A DNA stretch of 51,019 bases from Myxococcales bacterium (GTDB lineage Bacteria; Myxococcota_A; Polyangia; Haliangiales; Haliangiaceae), in NCBI GenBank assembly GCA_043775605.1, contig JAYVSF010000623.1:1-51019 (forward strand), read 5' to 3'. The number at the start of each line of letters is the position of its first letter. Within the stretch, counting starts at the first letter, position 1. Shown here piece by piece: positions 50,067-51,019 of this stretch. A program made the position numbers and the translations under genes. Below the pieces are notes generated by a model. The model did not search any database. It was not told the DNA's origin and worked only from the letters and a program-made list of their open reading frames with translations.

Positions 50067-50102
50067 GAGCAGGGCGCCGGTGCTGTCGTCGTCATCGTCC
50101 TC

Positions 50103-50153
50103 GTGATCATCGTCCAACTCGGTCCTCTCGTACTAAAGTCCGCTCCTCTCAAG
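50103..50153 (-). pseudogene. 23S rRNA-like fragment covering the sarcin-ricin loop (helix 95 region)
   Basis: Reverse strand reads CTTGAGAGGAGCGGACTTTAGTACGAGAGGACCGAGTTGGACGATGATCAC. It contains the universally conserved SRL AGUACGAGAGGACC exactly. Flanks resemble bacterial 23S (..TGAGAGGAGC.G.C.TTAGTACGAGAGGACCG...TGGACG.., from memory). Confidence 0.55.
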
Positions 50154-50154
50154 C

Positions 50155-50202
50155 GTGGGCGAGGATTCCGCAGGCGAGGTAGTTGCGCAGCTCGCGCTCG
50201 AC
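50155..50202 (-). mobile_element. IS91-family transposase fragment, proximal part (VERELRNYLACGILAH)
   Basis: Reverse-strand translation of 50202->50155. It joins in frame to the fragment at 36329->36181 if the intervening DNA is removed. The hexamer CGTGGG is shared at 36326-36331 and 50154-50159. Confidence 0.6.
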
Positions 50203-50441
50203 GTTCCAGGGAACAGACCGGCCGCGTCGAGCGTAGATCGCGGTAGCGTCGCGCCGACGCCGTCATGCTGCCCGCTCCCTCCGTCTCCGCTCGCGTCACG
50301 CCGGTCCTGCTGGCGCTGCTCGCGTGCCACGCCGGCGGCCACACCCGGACCCACGACCGCGACGCGGGCCCGTCCGCCCCGATCGACGCCACCGGCGCCC
50401 TCGACGCCACCACCGCGGCCCCGGACGCCGACGAGCCGTTC
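50203..50441 (+). repeat. Right copy of the 240-bp direct repeat
   Basis: See 35637-35876. Here the repeat continues into an intact mltA reading frame. Confidence 0.9.
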
Positions 50442-51019
50442 ACGCTGGCCTCGACCGACGACGGCGCGACCGTGGCCGGCGACGTCGCCTTCGATCCCGA
50501 CGCCGCCCACCTCGCGAAGGTCGCGGCCGCGGCCAGCGACACGCTGTACCTGACCGCGGCGACGTTCGCCGACCTGCCGGGCTGGACCGACGATCACCTC
50601 GCCACCGCGCTGGTCGCGCTGCGCCGCTCGTGTACCCGGCTGGCCGCGCTGCCACCGCACGCCTGGATCGGCGTCGACCCGCGCTTCGGTCGCGCCCGCG
50701 ACTGGACCCCGCTGTGCGCCGCGGTCGCGCGCGTCCCGGCCGGCGATGACGCCACCGCGCGCCGGGCGCTCGAGGCCGAGACCCGCCCGTGGTCGGCGGC
50801 GTCGTCGACCGGCCCGGACGGCAAGATGACCGCTTATCACGTCCAGCCGGTCCGGGCCTCGCGCACCCGCGGCGGGCCGTACCAGACCCCGATCTACGCG
50901 CGCCCGCCGGATCTGGTCATGGTCGATCTCGCCCGCTTCGTCCCCGACGCGCGCGGCCGCCGGATCTGGGGTCGGCTCGACGCCACCACCGGCGCGCTGG
51001 TGCCGTACCCGACCCGAGC
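50265..51019 (+). CDS. mltA: Membrane-bound lytic murein transglycosylase A, N-terminal ~251 codons; runs off the window
   Basis: Not in the ORF track because it is open-ended. ATG 50265: MLPAPSVSARVTPVLLALLACHAGG...LTAATFADLPGWTDDHLATALVALRRSC...GKMTAYHVQPVRASRTRGGPYQTPIYARPPDLVMVDLARF...IWGRLDATTGALVPYPTR. This fits the MltA pattern. Confidence 0.75.
   Translation, partial: MLPAPSVSARVTPVLLALLACHAGGHTRTHDRDAGPSAPIDATGALDATTAAPDADEPFTLASTDDGATVAGDVAFDPDAAHLAKVAAAASDTLYLTAATFADLPGWTDDHLATALVALRRSCTRLAALPPHAWIGVDPRFGRARDWTPLCAAVARVPAGDDATARRALEAETRPWSAASSTGPDGKMTAYHVQPVRASRTRGGPYQTPIYARPPDLVMVDLARFVPDARGRRIWGRLDATTGALVPYPTR

Overview
Very GC-rich chromosomal window. Its gene content looks like Myxococcota: five Hanks-type Ser/Thr kinases, an FHA/sigma-54 activator, two ECF sigma factors, and PEGA, ADYC and Myxococcus-type Cys-rich-repeat proteins. 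Most long alternate-frame ORFs in the track are GC artefacts. I support about 40 real genes.

Core genes: dctA (partial), pyrH-frr, an M2 (ACE-like) peptidase, psuG, comM/yifB, a patatin-like lipase, an MsbA-like ABC exporter, an alpha/beta hydrolase and mltA (partial).

Four things stand out.
1. 27.2-32.9 kb: nine intergenic copies of a 13-nt motif (GGTGTCAGCCACC / GGTGGCTGACACC; eight exact, one single-mismatch variant), plus further copies inside coding sequence, cluster around a RAYT/IS200-like gene. That gene's HUH and catalytic-Tyr positions look degenerate.
2. The RAYT-like gene and the adjacent comM share a roughly 100-bp promoter module: a GTCCG-N5-CGGAC dyad (three phased copies before comM), an ATC..AGG..TTG block, and a near-consensus sigma-54 -24/-12 element that ends 14-15 nt before the ATG.
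3. 35.6-50.4 kb: a roughly 14.3-kb accessory segment bounded by 240-bp direct repeats. The repeats duplicate the hydrolase 3' end and the mltA 5' end. The segment contains a nested 13.8-kb block that splits an IS91-like gene at a 6-bp microhomology. It also holds IS debris (ISKra4-like and IS256-like fragments cut by the same 68-bp repeat), a Cys-rich secreted protein with a possible immunity-like partner, and a giant protein with metazoan-type cbEGF repeats.
4. About 50.1 kb: a 23S-rRNA-like fragment keeps a perfect sarcin-ricin loop while its stem shows compensatory changes.

Everything was read by eye. No searches were run, so all family assignments rest on recognised motifs.
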